Virus record (IMG/VR): IMGVR_UViG_3300029509_000119
Span: 63,909-127,908 of that record
Strand: one strand, 5' to 3'
Origin: a virus
Taxonomy: Duplodnaviria > Heunggongvirae > Uroviricota > Caudoviricetes
DNA length: 64,000 nt
Shown: positions 43,757-52,909 of the stretch, one piece after another
Numbering within the stretch: position 1 is the first letter of the stretch
How the letters are laid out: each line of letters opens with the position of its first letter
Notes under the pieces: generated by a model
Database searches by the model: none
Told to the model about the DNA's origin: nothing
What the model saw: only the letters and a program-made list of their open reading frames with translations
Position numbers and translations under genes: made by a program

Positions 43757-45075
43757 GTTCTCCTACCTTTAATTGACGGAACATCATAGGGTGGTTGACT
43801 ACACCCTTACGCCGTCAGTCATGCTGGCGGCGTACTGCGAGTTCAAAAGGTCGTAGCCTTTGTGTCGCAGGTTCATCGCGGCTATCCGGTCGTCGTTGGA
43901 CCGGTATCCGCAGTTGCGGCAGACATACAGGTGGCGTTTCTTGTCACGGTTGGCTTTGCAGATTTTCCCGCATTTCGGGCAGGTCTGGCTTGTGTAGGCC
44001 GGGTCAACGAACACGACTTTCTGACCGTTGCGTTTCGCCTTGTATTCGACCATCTGCCGGAATTGGTGGAAACTCCAACTGACCTGAACATACCTGTCCT
44101 TGACCTTGACCTGTTCGGTCGCATTGCGGATTCCCGTAAGGTCTTCGAGAACGAACATCGTATCCCTGTCGTAATGGTTGACGAGTGCCTTAGACGCCTG
44201 ATGGTTCACATCGGTCATCCAACGGTTTTCTCTGTCGCCTATGGTTTTGAGTCGTCTGCGGGCGCTTCGGGTGCCGCGTTTCTGCAACTGTTGACGGAGC
44301 CGCTTGTATTTGCCGCGCTTGCTTTTCACCTCCCCTCCATGTTGGAAGACGGTGGTTTCGCCGTCATAACTGGTGGCGAGCATTCGGATGCCCAAGTCCA
44401 CGCCCACTATGTTTTTGGGGCTTGGGGTTGGGTCGGGAACCGGTAGGATGATGGGAATATGCAGGTACCATTTGCCTCGTTTCGATATCAGTCGGGCGGT
44501 ACCGAAACGTGCCGTACGGTATTCGTCTGGTATTCCCTTCCATTGGGCTTTGACCTTGATTCTCCCGTCCATGACGGGAAGGCTGAACATTCCGGTCTTG
44601 GACGAATAGGAGTAGTCACGGTTCCACAACAGGTCAACACCAGCGGACGAGTATTCGGGTTTGACGGAATAGCACGCCGTCCCTCTTCCTTTGGGCTTGC
44701 CTTCGTTTCGGCGTTCCATGCGCGAGTGAATTGCCTTGTAGGACGCGATGACCCGCCGTATCGAAGATTGGGTCATCTGGGCCAACAGTCCGTATTTGTC
44801 GCGTAGCGGGTGATAGACAGCCTCGTTGATTTTCCTCTGGCTGAGGGTGTGGTGTTCTCCAATCCAATCGGATACTTCGTTGCAGCAGGAGGTGTAATTG
44901 TCACATAGGCGGTTGAGGGCTTCGGACTCGTGTTTGTTGGTCGTGAGCTTGACTTTCATGGTCAATGCGAGTTCCACCATATGCTTCACCTCCAATAAAA
45001 AACATTGTATCATAATGTTAGTGGAAAGGAAAGGCATTCACCCACGACCACAAGGGTCGTGGTACCCTGCCCAAA
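43757..45075 (-). mobile_element. IS200/IS605-family insertion carrying only tnpB (IS1341-like); ends approximate
   Basis: tnpB ORF plus subterminal hairpins: 'agggtggttgactacaccct' at the 3' side (43779..43798) and 'ccacgaccacaagggtcgtgg' at the 5' side (about 45047..45068). Interrupts an otherwise uniform + strand gene array. Confidence 0.5.
43799..44983 (-). CDS. tnpB: TnpB (OrfB) RNA-guided endonuclease-type transposase accessory protein
   Basis: ORF 43799..45037 started at 'MVELALTMKV...'. OrfB_IS605 core. C-terminal zinc ribbon 'CPKCG...CRNCG' and RuvC-like 'DVNHQASKAL...VVFVDPAYTSQTC'. Confidence 0.8.
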   Translation of the reverse strand, partial: HMVELALTMKVKLTTNKHESEALNRLCDNYTSCCNEVSDWIGEHHTLSQRKINEAVYHPLRDKYGLLAQMTQSSIRRVIASYKAIHSRMERRNEGKPKGRGTACYSVKPEYSSAGVDLLWNRDYSYSSKTGMFSLPVMDGRIKVKAQWKGIPDEYRTARFGTARLISKRGKWYLHIPIILPVPDPTPSPKNIVGVDLGIRMLATSYDGETTVFQHGGEVKSKRGKYKRLRQQLQKRGTRSARRRLKTIGDRENRWMTDVNHQASKALVNHYDRDTMFVLEDLTGIRNATEQVKVKDRYVQVSWSFHQFRQMVEYKAKRNGQKVVFVDPAYTSQTCPKCGKICKANRDKKRHLYVCRNCGYRSNDDRIAAMNLRHKGYDLLNSQYAASMTDGVRV

Positions 45076-45158
45076 AAATCATGGACGCCTACGCCGCCAA
45101 ATATGGTAAAAAAGCCGTGCGTAAGAACGTCAAGCATAGAACAAAATAGGAAAAACGT

Positions 45159-45554
45159 ATGTCCAGCAAACAGAATATTCCGCGATTCTCAATCGAAGGC
45201 GTCACCTATACGAAACACCACAACAATGCGGCATTATCCATGCGTCCATTGGACGATGCGACCATGAGAGAACTGGGGTTCACCGACCGTCGGAAAGGAT
45301 ACTGGTATCTCTGCCGACGCGTATCAATCGACTCCGACGTAACCCTGAATGTGCGAATCGCCAAGGATGGGCACGACTGGCAGATAGACGTGTTGGACGA
45401 ATGTTTCTGCCAACCCTACGACTACCAGTATTTGCTTAGTGTCAATCCGACCTTGGATTATGCGAACAACGTGGCCGACGAATGTGAGAAATGGTATCGC
45501 AGACTGTCCGAATGGGGACTGCTGTCCGGCTGGCATGAAGGCATGTACGTCTAA
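45159..45554 (+). CDS. hypothetical protein
   Basis: 131 aa. RBS AATAGGAAAAAC. Confidence 0.5.
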   Translation: MSSKQNIPRFSIEGVTYTKHHNNAALSMRPLDDATMRELGFTDRRKGYWYLCRRVSIDSDVTLNVRIAKDGHDWQIDVLDECFCQPYDYQYLLSVNPTLDYANNVADECEKWYRRLSEWGLLSGWHEGMYV

Positions 45555-45588
45555 GACGTAGAGAAAAACAGAAAGGAAGACAAGAAAA

Positions 45589-45858
45589 GTGAGCATTCTC
45601 ACCGAGGAACTGGAAGAACGCTATCCCATCGAGGAAGGCGAATGCATCACGCTCACGCGCGAACAGCTCGCCTTGCAGTTGCGCCGAGCATACAAGGCTG
45701 GTGCGACCCGCGATTTCAGGCGTACGGCGCACGGGAATTCGGAACTGTTGAAGGTGTGCAGTATTTTGCAGGAGTCCCGCTTGCTGTCCGATGGAACGGA
45801 TGTCGAGGACGTGGTGAGAACCGTGTTGGACGGTCGGCTCGAAACCATCACGGCTTAA
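45589..45858 (+). CDS. hypothetical protein
   Basis: GTG start with a GAAAGGAAGACAAG RBS. 89 aa. Confidence 0.4.
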   Translation: MSILTEELEERYPIEEGECITLTREQLALQLRRAYKAGATRDFRRTAHGNSELLKVCSILQESRLLSDGTDVEDVVRTVLDGRLETITA

Positions 45859-45859
45859 G

Positions 45860-45884
45860 TGTTATAATGGAGGTGTCCACACAT
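45860..45884 (+). promoter_or_regulatory. copy of conserved promoter/leader motif (TATAAT variant)
   Basis: TGTTATAATGGAGGTGTCCACACATC. Confidence 0.45.
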
Positions 45885-45908
45885 CTTTCCTTGCAGAGGA
45901 GACCGCCG

Positions 45909-46493
45909 TTGAGTTGGGATAAACGCCAAAGCCGAGACCCCAGAAGAATCGACCCACTGGAAACACCGCTCTACGATTACGTGGTCGTGGACACCGAAAC
46001 CACCGGATTCAAACCATCGGACGGTGCCAAACTCATTGAAATCGGAGCCGTGAAAATCCACGGAGGAAAACTCGTGGACAGGTACGAACAATTAATCGAC
46101 CCGCACCAGCATATCCCCGAACGCATCACCTCCCTCACCGGAATCAACGACAACATGGTTTACGGTCAGCCCGACGTAAGTCAGGCGATATGCGAATTCG
46201 ACCGTTGGCTTGGTCCGAGAACCATCATCATGGCCCACAACGCGACCTTCGACCTGAGTTTCTTGGACGCGGCCATGAAAACCGTGAACGGTGGCATGTT
46301 CTTCTTCCCCCACCGGTTCGTGGACACGTTGGAAATGAGCCGGAAAATCCATCCTGAAAAACCGAGCCACAAGGTGTCCGTGCTTATACGCGATTACGGT
46401 ATAGGCGACGTGGAGGAGCATCGCGCCTTGTCTGACGCGACTCAGGAGAACATGCTGTACGAGGCCATGCGCAGAGAGGAATTTGGCCGCTAA
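45909..46493 (+). CDS. DnaQ-like 3'-5' exonuclease (DEDDh, DNA pol III epsilon family)
   Basis: Exo I 'YVVVDTETTG', Exo II 'AHNATFDLSFL', Exo III 'HRALSDA'. Probable TTG start at 45909, 7 nt after GAGGAG. The in-frame ATG at 45867 lies inside the promoter. Confidence 0.7.
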   Translation: MSWDKRQSRDPRRIDPLETPLYDYVVVDTETTGFKPSDGAKLIEIGAVKIHGGKLVDRYEQLIDPHQHIPERITSLTGINDNMVYGQPDVSQAICEFDRWLGPRTIIMAHNATFDLSFLDAAMKTVNGGMFFFPHRFVDTLEMSRKIHPEKPSHKVSVLIRDYGIGDVEEHRALSDATQENMLYEAMRREEFGR

Positions 46494-46751
46494 ATGGGAT
46501 ACGAGGACATGTTCAGTCCCGAATGCAGGGACTATCTGAAATCACGCAAGCCGTCGCAACGGGAGCGGGAAATAGTGAAGCTTGAGAAACAGGCCGACAA
46601 CAAGCACGACATGTATGGCGACAAAAGCCTCTATGAGGTTTCCGGAGAGGTTGCTGCCATCTACGAAAGCCAGAAGGCGTTGCGGTTGCGGCTGGACAGC
46701 ATCGAGGAAAAACTGGACAGACTGTTGGGAACCAGAGAGGAACAGCTGTGA
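46494..46751 (+). CDS. hypothetical protein
   Basis: 85 aa. ATG immediately after the DnaQ-like stop. Confidence 0.45.
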   Translation: MGYEDMFSPECRDYLKSRKPSQREREIVKLEKQADNKHDMYGDKSLYEVSGEVAAIYESQKALRLRLDSIEEKLDRLLGTREEQL

Positions 46752-47326
46752 AAAATCTGCTCACCTGCCCCTGTTGCGGTGGAACCCCGAAATTCAGATA
46801 TCAGGCCAAAACCGAAATACACGGAATGTGGGACGGGTCTCCGGTCTACCGGCCTAAAGGCTGGGAATACTCCCATCTATGTCCGGCTGAACGCGATTTG
46901 CAGACGGCTGGAGGAAACGGATTCGCAACACTGCACGAGGCGGAACGCGACTGGCAGTACAAGGTGGGAAGCTTCCTGCGGAACCCGATGAACAGTTTCC
47001 ACCCATTCATCGAAACCGGCGCTGAACTACTGACCGAATTGGATGATTGTCTCGTCGGAGAACGATTGCACCTTGGAGACAAAGTAACATTAAGTCGGCG
47101 TTCCATGACTGTTCGTGGTGTTGTGCAGTTCATCCAACGGACTTCCGTCGGACAAATCAGTATCATTCTCCGCGACACGGATACCATCAAGTTCGTGATT
47201 TACACACCGGTCAGAGAGCGCCGAAAGTACATGTTCTCTTATCATGTCGAAAGGCGGTTTCATTGGATAAAAAGCCGAAAGGCTCCTCTGCGACGCATAC
47301 CATCGTGGACGACTAGCGGAGGTTAA
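46748..47326 (+). CDS. hypothetical protein with N-terminal CxxC pair
   Basis: GTG start overlapping the previous stop. 'LLTCPCCGGTPKF'. Confidence 0.45.
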   Translation: MKNLLTCPCCGGTPKFRYQAKTEIHGMWDGSPVYRPKGWEYSHLCPAERDLQTAGGNGFATLHEAERDWQYKVGSFLRNPMNSFHPFIETGAELLTELDDCLVGERLHLGDKVTLSRRSMTVRGVVQFIQRTSVGQISIILRDTDTIKFVIYTPVRERRKYMFSYHVERRFHWIKSRKAPLRRIPSWTTSGG

Positions 47327-47491
47327 CGAACATAATCAGGACGCGGCTATGTCCCTTATCGATAACGGGTATGCCGACTATTGGCGTACTCTGTTGGGAC
47401 ACGAGGCCATCAGGCTGACCGACCATGGGCTTGGTGCCGCACGGAGGTTGGAGTCGGATTACTGAGTTCTTAGCGTTTTCCAAATCTCTAT

Positions 47492-47517
47492 TGTTATAGT
47501 GGAACAGTGGGCACAAT
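47492..47517 (+). promoter_or_regulatory. degenerate copy of conserved promoter/leader motif
   Basis: TTGTTATAGTGGAACAGTGGGCACAATA. Confidence 0.35.
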
Positions 47518-47555
47518 ACCGTGCTCGCTGTTTTTCTTTTTTAGGAGAAGTCGGA

Positions 47556-47816
47556 ATGCCCCAGCACGACGATAAGCACCACAAGAACAAGAAAATCGTG
47601 GTCATCGAGAAGGTGCGCGACAAATATGGTTCCGTCATCGCTTTGAAGGTCGTTCTGTATCGTCGGCATGATACTGAGAATGGGAAGGTTTGGGATATGA
47701 AGCGTTCTCATACGTTCAGTGCGGCTTTCAGTCGTCGTGCTTGTAGGGAACAGGCGAAGACGTTGGCTCGTCAGTGGGCTGATAAGTATGGTGCGAAGGT
47801 TGTGAAGAGGGGGTAG
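47556..47816 (+). CDS. hypothetical basic protein
   Basis: ATG at 47556 with a TTAGGAGAAG RBS. 86 aa. Confidence 0.5.
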   Translation: MPQHDDKHHKNKKIVVIEKVRDKYGSVIALKVVLYRRHDTENGKVWDMKRSHTFSAAFSRRACREQAKTLARQWADKYGAKVVKRG

Positions 47817-47836
47817 TTGTCCTCTTTGAGAGTTTA

Positions 47837-47862
47837 TGTTATACTGGGGGCGTTCACATAAG
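47837..47862 (+). promoter_or_regulatory. copy of conserved promoter/leader motif
   Basis: aTGTTATACTGGGGGCGTTCACATAAGG. Confidence 0.5.
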
Positions 47863-47888
47863 GCCCAGTTGAAAAAAAGGAGAACACC

Positions 47889-48179
47889 ATGCAGAACATC
47901 AACCTCTACAGACTGATGTCAAAACTGTCCGCCCGACCCGAAGTCAGGACCGCTGACATCGTGAGCTGGGAAGGCACCATCAAAACGGTCATGCGCAACG
48001 GCACGGTCGTCGCCATCGGCGTGCAGGACGAATATCCGGCGGTCGCACTGTACACCATATACGCCTCCGACGAGGACTACCGAAACAAGGAGCCTCTGAC
48101 CGAAGGCTTGCACTACGACTTCGAAGAAGACCACGACTACAAGGACGGCGTGGAAGCCATCATCAAAGAGGCGTACTGA
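47889..48179 (+). CDS. hypothetical protein
   Basis: 96 aa. RBS AAAAAGGAGAACACC. Confidence 0.5.
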   Translation: MQNINLYRLMSKLSARPEVRTADIVSWEGTIKTVMRNGTVVAIGVQDEYPAVALYTIYASDEDYRNKEPLTEGLHYDFEEDHDYKDGVEAIIKEAY

Positions 48180-48182
48180 CCC

Positions 48183-48572
48183 ATGGATACCATCATCTTC
48201 GTTAAAGACCGCAACTGGCCCGGCGCAAACAGCCGCATCTATGAGATTCCCTCAGCTGATTTAGGCTTGAAGGCGATGACCAGCTGGAGCAGGATAGAGG
48301 ATATGCAGGCCGCCGGATATTCGCTTCCCGGCGAAGCATTGCAAAACCGGTATTTCGCACTGTCCAACCGTGACGACGCCACTCAAGCCGAATGGGATGA
48401 ATTCATAGACGCCCTTTGGAATGTCGTGCATTCCATGACCCCGGAAGCGCTGGCCGACTGGTTCATCCAACTGAACGACCCCGTGACCGTCAAAGCGCAC
48501 TACTGGGTTCACGACGGCGTCGAATACTTGGATGCCGCGCACACCCTGCCAAGAGACGAGGCGTCGCGATGA
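48183..48572 (+). CDS. hypothetical protein
   Basis: 129 aa. Starts 3 nt after the previous stop. Confidence 0.5.
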   Translation: MDTIIFVKDRNWPGANSRIYEIPSADLGLKAMTSWSRIEDMQAAGYSLPGEALQNRYFALSNRDDATQAEWDEFIDALWNVVHSMTPEALADWFIQLNDPVTVKAHYWVHDGVEYLDAAHTLPRDEASR

Positions 48573-49057
48573 TTGACCTGACGAACTGGGCGGCGGGTCA
48601 TAAGGGAGGCATCGACGGCATTCTGGCATTTCTGGTATTGGCCATGGGAAGCATGTGTGCAGTCGCCGTGGTAATGCGGTTGTGCTCTCGCCTCTGGCGT
48701 CTCATGCGACACCGTTCGGGAGAGGCCCTCAAACCCCTGCTTGAGGACGAGAGCTTCGTCTTCGAGCTGTGGGGCGCAATATTCCTCTGCACGGTCGCCA
48801 CGTTGACACCGAATGTCTTCGCCCCGTTCACCACCCCGCAGACCACGTTCACCGGACAGGTCGCGAAACAGGCTGGATTGAGGGCGCTGTCATGCCCGAC
48901 GTTGGACGATTCCGACCGTATGCCCCGTCAGGACAGGTACGAGTGCGAATACGTGGACGACAAAGGGCGTGCACACGACATGAGCCTGCTCGTCGCATCC
49001 GGCGGCAAGGTATGGCTCTACGACCATCAAGGCAAACCGTTGAAGGTGGAGAAATGA
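48569..49057 (+). CDS. membrane protein
   Basis: ATG at 48569 overlapping the previous stop. TM helices 'GILAFLVLAMGSMCAVAVVM' and 'LWGAIFLCTVATLTP'. Confidence 0.45.
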   Translation: MIDLTNWAAGHKGGIDGILAFLVLAMGSMCAVAVVMRLCSRLWRLMRHRSGEALKPLLEDESFVFELWGAIFLCTVATLTPNVFAPFTTPQTTFTGQVAKQAGLRALSCPTLDDSDRMPRQDRYECEYVDDKGRAHDMSLLVASGGKVWLYDHQGKPLKVEK

Positions 49058-49464
49058 CCGGTTTTATTGCCGTCGATATGCTGGCTGAAATCAGCAAGGC
49101 CCTCGAATGTGAAAACGACTGGACTCAACTGAAGGACGGCGTGCTGGAATGCCGACTGCGAGACCAGTATGACGGTGAGCACACCGGACTCGCCCGCGTC
49201 ACCGTGAATAAGGCGGGCAAGGTGTCCGTTATGGCATGGTCGGACAATCCGTATGAATACGCGACCATGCCCGACCCCGACTGGATGCATGACTACGATT
49301 CAGCCGACCCGGAGGCCATCGCAGAAGACATTTGGAACCGTTGCCCGTACTGCGGGCGGGAATCCGACAGGTGCGTGTGCGAACGTTGCGCGGGCTGCGG
49401 TGCTCTTCTGGACTGGGGCAACAGGGCGGGCGGCGGCTACGGCTACTGCGAATACTGCCATTAG
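49054..49464 (+). CDS. hypothetical protein with C-terminal Cys-rich zinc-ribbon-like tail
   Basis: ATG at 49054 (ATGA overlap). 'CPYCGRESDRCVCERCAGCG...CEYCH'. Confidence 0.45.
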   Translation: MTGFIAVDMLAEISKALECENDWTQLKDGVLECRLRDQYDGEHTGLARVTVNKAGKVSVMAWSDNPYEYATMPDPDWMHDYDSADPEAIAEDIWNRCPYCGRESDRCVCERCAGCGALLDWGNRAGGGYGYCEYCH

Positions 49465-49483
49465 AGAAAAAGGAGAAACGAAA

Positions 49484-50104
49484 ATGTTGAAAATCGAGAA
49501 GACGCTGAAAGAACTGCGTGACCTCCAAAACACCTTGCTTGACCTCGGAATCGAAATGTCTATCAAGGATGCGGATGACGAAACGAAAAACGATTACGAG
49601 GATGCGGCGATGACCATTGACATATTTGAGCCGTGTCGTTGTTTCGCATGGGTCGGCATGGACGGCGTGATTCATATGAGGTGGAATTCGTATCCCGATG
49701 CCTTCGCGTGGTTTCGGATGAACCTGCTTTTGGACCTCGCTCGCGGCTACATGCTGAAAGCGGACAACATCACGAAATCCTGGACGCACCTTCGCAGGAA
49801 TCTCGACGGTCAGGATGCCGAGATGCCTCTCCCCGACAAGCTGGCCGGAAGGAAAGCAGAATACGAGAATGCGGCAAACCGACTGCGCGACCTCATCAAA
49901 GCCGACCCGATTGCAATGGATTTATCCCCTTACGAATGCGAACGCCTTGAAAGGTTCCTCCGCGACCCGCAGAAGGAACGTCTTCTGGAGTATGACCCGG
50001 ACGACCCGTTTTACAGGAACATGTTCAACAGGAGCTTGATTGACCGCGACGGGCTGACCGAACTGGGACGGAAGGCCATGGAACATTACATTGAGTCGGT
50101 CTGA
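49484..50104 (+). CDS. hypothetical protein
   Basis: ATG at 49484 with an AAAGGAGAAACG RBS. 206 aa. Confidence 0.5.
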   Translation: MLKIEKTLKELRDLQNTLLDLGIEMSIKDADDETKNDYEDAAMTIDIFEPCRCFAWVGMDGVIHMRWNSYPDAFAWFRMNLLLDLARGYMLKADNITKSWTHLRRNLDGQDAEMPLPDKLAGRKAEYENAANRLRDLIKADPIAMDLSPYECERLERFLRDPQKERLLEYDPDDPFYRNMFNRSLIDRDGLTELGRKAMEHYIESV

Positions 50105-50403
50105 CCGTCACGTCCATAGTCGGACAATCCGCGCGAATACGCGGCCTCCCGTTCGCTGAGGGCCTGTTCTCGTTCACGCGCGGGGCTGGACTGGACGTGG
50201 CCTTCACTGTCGAATCGGCTGTGGATTCGGGGACGCATGGCTCCAACAAGAACCTCAAGGAGCAGGAGCCGACCATGAACATTCCCCGCAAGTCCACGGA
50301 AGAGAAAGCCGATGAGCGCCAAACCACGCCGCAACCACGGAATCAAGCTTGACGAACACGGCAACGAAATCATTCACGATGACAGAACACAGGAAGAGGA
50401 ATC

Positions 50404-52158
50404 ATGAGGATAAGCGATGGCACGGAGACAATGGAGGTCTCCGTAAAGGAATACGGAGACCACTCCGACAAGGAAATCACCGACCGGGCTCTGCCTCAAC
50501 TGGTCGATTGGGCGGAAACCCCCGGTATCGTAAGAAATGTGCGACGAACATCGCATCGCCTGATGGAACTCTTTGCGAACGATGGGGCGGACGCCCGCAC
50601 GATTCTCGGACACACCCCTTATGGAATGAAGCTGGGACTCAGTATCCGCCTGCACGCACCCGACATTCAGGACGACGAACGCGGCCTGCCGGACGACATC
50701 GGGCTGACGCGATACATGCGCGTCGGCAAGCCAAGCCCGGGCGTCATCGTGGAGACCGAGCTTTATCGCTTGGGAAACGTCCTTCGAGGCCGCAATCTGA
50801 GTGGACTCGACCTGCGATACCTCGACTTTTCCGGAGTGGACCTTTGCGACGTGAACATGTCAGGAGCCGATTTGAGAGGTTCTTTGATCGACTCGGGCAC
50901 ACCTCTCGGCCGCACCGTATTCAACAACGCAGACATGCGTCGCATGAGGTTCGTCGGAAGGCTGGATCCACGCCGTCCCGTCTATCTGGAGGACGCCGAC
51001 CTGCGAGAAGCCGATTTCAGCCGTGCCAACGTAAGCTGGTTCCAGTTCAACGGTTCCGACATGTCGGGCGCGATACTGCGAAACGCCGTCTTCGAATGCA
51101 CGAACATGGAGGGCGTGAACCTTGCCGGGGCCGATGCGACCGGAGCCAGTCTGGGCGACATTGACCTGCGGGAGGCGAATCTGACCGGCGCGGCGATGGA
51201 CAGGGCTTTCTTGGACAGGACGGTGATGGCCGATGCGACCGTAGGCAGGACGAGCGTTCACGGGCTTCGCATCCGCAGGGGCAATGTCCGTCGAGTGGAC
51301 TTCGGACAAGCCCACGGGGCGGGGAGCATGTTCTTCGAGAACACGAAGACAAAGGGGAGCATGCTTCCCGGAAGGTTCGTCAACCATTATTATGACGCCA
51401 GTCTCATAGCCCGGGGGAACGGCTGGAGGCTGAACTACCGCAACAACGGCCTCGACTGTGTGCTTACCTTCGACTGGCGCAACGGATGCCCCGACCCCCG
51501 CACGCTTGGCCACACGCCGGAATGGGCGGACATGGACTACCGCGACAGGGTTGAGGAAATCCGCTTCGTGCCGGGTTCCAAGGCACCGGAGGACATGAGT
51601 GCCTTCTTCGAGGACATGTTCGCCCTGCGCCGGGTGGACTTCACGAATCTGGACATGTCGAAGACCGTCAGTCTGGCATGGATGTTCAACAATTCGGGCT
51701 TCAGGGACGTTGAAATCGTCAACCTGAAGGCCCCGAACGCAAAGGACTGCGAGCGTCTGTTCCGACTTGGCCCCGACGTGACGAGCCTGAAGGTGCCCGG
51801 ATTGGACGTGAGCGGCGCGGAGGTCGCCCGCGAGATGTTCGCCTCGTGGAATCGGATTGCCGAACTGGACCTATCGGAACTGCGGCTGCCGCAGGCCAGG
51901 GACATCAACCGCATGTTCATGTGCTGCGAGCGGCTTCGCAGACTGGACATCTCCAATCTGGAGCTTCCCCCCGACGTGGAGATGGACAACAGGGGGCCGG
52001 CCATGTTCTCCGACTGCGTCTCCCTTGAGCACGTGGACATGCCAACGAAGGGTGCGCTGGCCGACCGGTACGGGGAGACGATGAAACGGTTCAACGCGGG
52101 CGACCGCGGCGTGTTGGAGGCACGGCCGTATCCGCGTGTCACCGTACTCGCCCTGTAA
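50404..52158 (+). CDS. pentapeptide-repeat protein fused to a BspA-type leucine-rich repeat domain
   Basis: The middle region is tandem A(D/N)LxG-type pentapeptides (LSGLDLRYLDFSGVDLCDVNMSGADLRGSLIDSG...). The C-terminus has 'AWMFNNSGFRDVEI', 'REMFASWNRIAELDL', 'NRMFMCCERLRRLDI' and 'AMFSDCVSLEHVDM' LRR_5/BspA-like units. Confidence 0.65.
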   Translation: MRISDGTETMEVSVKEYGDHSDKEITDRALPQLVDWAETPGIVRNVRRTSHRLMELFANDGADARTILGHTPYGMKLGLSIRLHAPDIQDDERGLPDDIGLTRYMRVGKPSPGVIVETELYRLGNVLRGRNLSGLDLRYLDFSGVDLCDVNMSGADLRGSLIDSGTPLGRTVFNNADMRRMRFVGRLDPRRPVYLEDADLREADFSRANVSWFQFNGSDMSGAILRNAVFECTNMEGVNLAGADATGASLGDIDLREANLTGAAMDRAFLDRTVMADATVGRTSVHGLRIRRGNVRRVDFGQAHGAGSMFFENTKTKGSMLPGRFVNHYYDASLIARGNGWRLNYRNNGLDCVLTFDWRNGCPDPRTLGHTPEWADMDYRDRVEEIRFVPGSKAPEDMSAFFEDMFALRRVDFTNLDMSKTVSLAWMFNNSGFRDVEIVNLKAPNAKDCERLFRLGPDVTSLKVPGLDVSGAEVAREMFASWNRIAELDLSELRLPQARDINRMFMCCERLRRLDISNLELPPDVEMDNRGPAMFSDCVSLEHVDMPTKGALADRYGETMKRFNAGDRGVLEARPYPRVTVLAL

Positions 52159-52231
52159 AAGCGCTCGGACGCACGCCGATATGACAATTGACCACGGGGA
52201 CGCATCTGACGAACGGAAAGGAGAATAAGGA

Positions 52232-52909
52232 ATGACTGAAAGACCGTTCATCGTCATCGACTTGGACAACACCTTCGTCGACTACACGACCGCGTTCAAG
52301 GAATGCCTGACCCAAATGGGCTACGACGGCTACGCTGACGCGCCCGACCCGTCGGACTATTCCTTCGCATGTGACGACTGGTTCGAAGACGAGGACACGT
52401 TCTTCCCATTGCACCAGCGTGCCGTGGAACTCGGCCTGTATCTGCGCGAACGCCCCTACGCGGGCGCGTTGGACGTGGTATCCGATGTGGCGCGGCGATA
52501 CTCCGTCCTGTTCGCCACCAGCCGCGAGCGGGATGAGACGGACAGTCTGCGGTGGCTGCACGCCTACGGGTTGGACGCGACCCCGAACTGGAATCTCGAC
52601 CTTTGGCGCGACACGTATCCCGAAACGTTCGAGTGGACCATAAGGGATTCCTGCCGCCGTGATGGAAGCGGAATCCGCTTCTGCCACATCTGGGATAAGA
52701 CGTTTCTGGACGCCGACCTGACCGTCGAGGACAATCCGCATACGCTCGACTGGCTTATGGACAAAGGGTTGCGCGTGCTGGTCAAACGGCACGCCTACAA
52801 CCTGCCCCAATGCGAACGCGCCGAACAATCCGGCTTGGGGTTGTCATTCGACGATTGGACGCAGGTGCCCGCATTGGCGAAACGACTAGTGGAGGAGAAC
52901 GCGAAGTGA
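52232..52909 (+). CDS. HAD-superfamily phosphatase-like protein (possible nucleotidase or polynucleotide 3'-phosphatase)
   Basis: N-terminal 'FIVIDLDNTFVDYT' is the HAD motif I (DxDxT). No P-loop. 225 aa. Confidence 0.5.
   Translation: MTERPFIVIDLDNTFVDYTTAFKECLTQMGYDGYADAPDPSDYSFACDDWFEDEDTFFPLHQRAVELGLYLRERPYAGALDVVSDVARRYSVLFATSRERDETDSLRWLHAYGLDATPNWNLDLWRDTYPETFEWTIRDSCRRDGSGIRFCHIWDKTFLDADLTVEDNPHTLDWLMDKGLRVLVKRHAYNLPQCERAEQSGLGLSFDDWTQVPALAKRLVEENAK

Noticed and set aside
43762-43772. 11-mer 'cctacctttaa' shared between the 3' flank of the IS and 56902..56912
   Set aside because: Both copies sit just after a gene stop. Chance expectation in 64 kb is about 0.03, so it may be real. 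However, a single short match cannot be assigned as an IS end or target, and it is not developed further.
45001-45030. Possible degenerate promoter-motif copy 'ttgtatcataatgttagtggaaagg' upstream of tnpB
   Set aside because: Only the TATAAT-like part matches and the conserved GGAAT..GTTCACAC half is absent. More likely the IS's own promoter.
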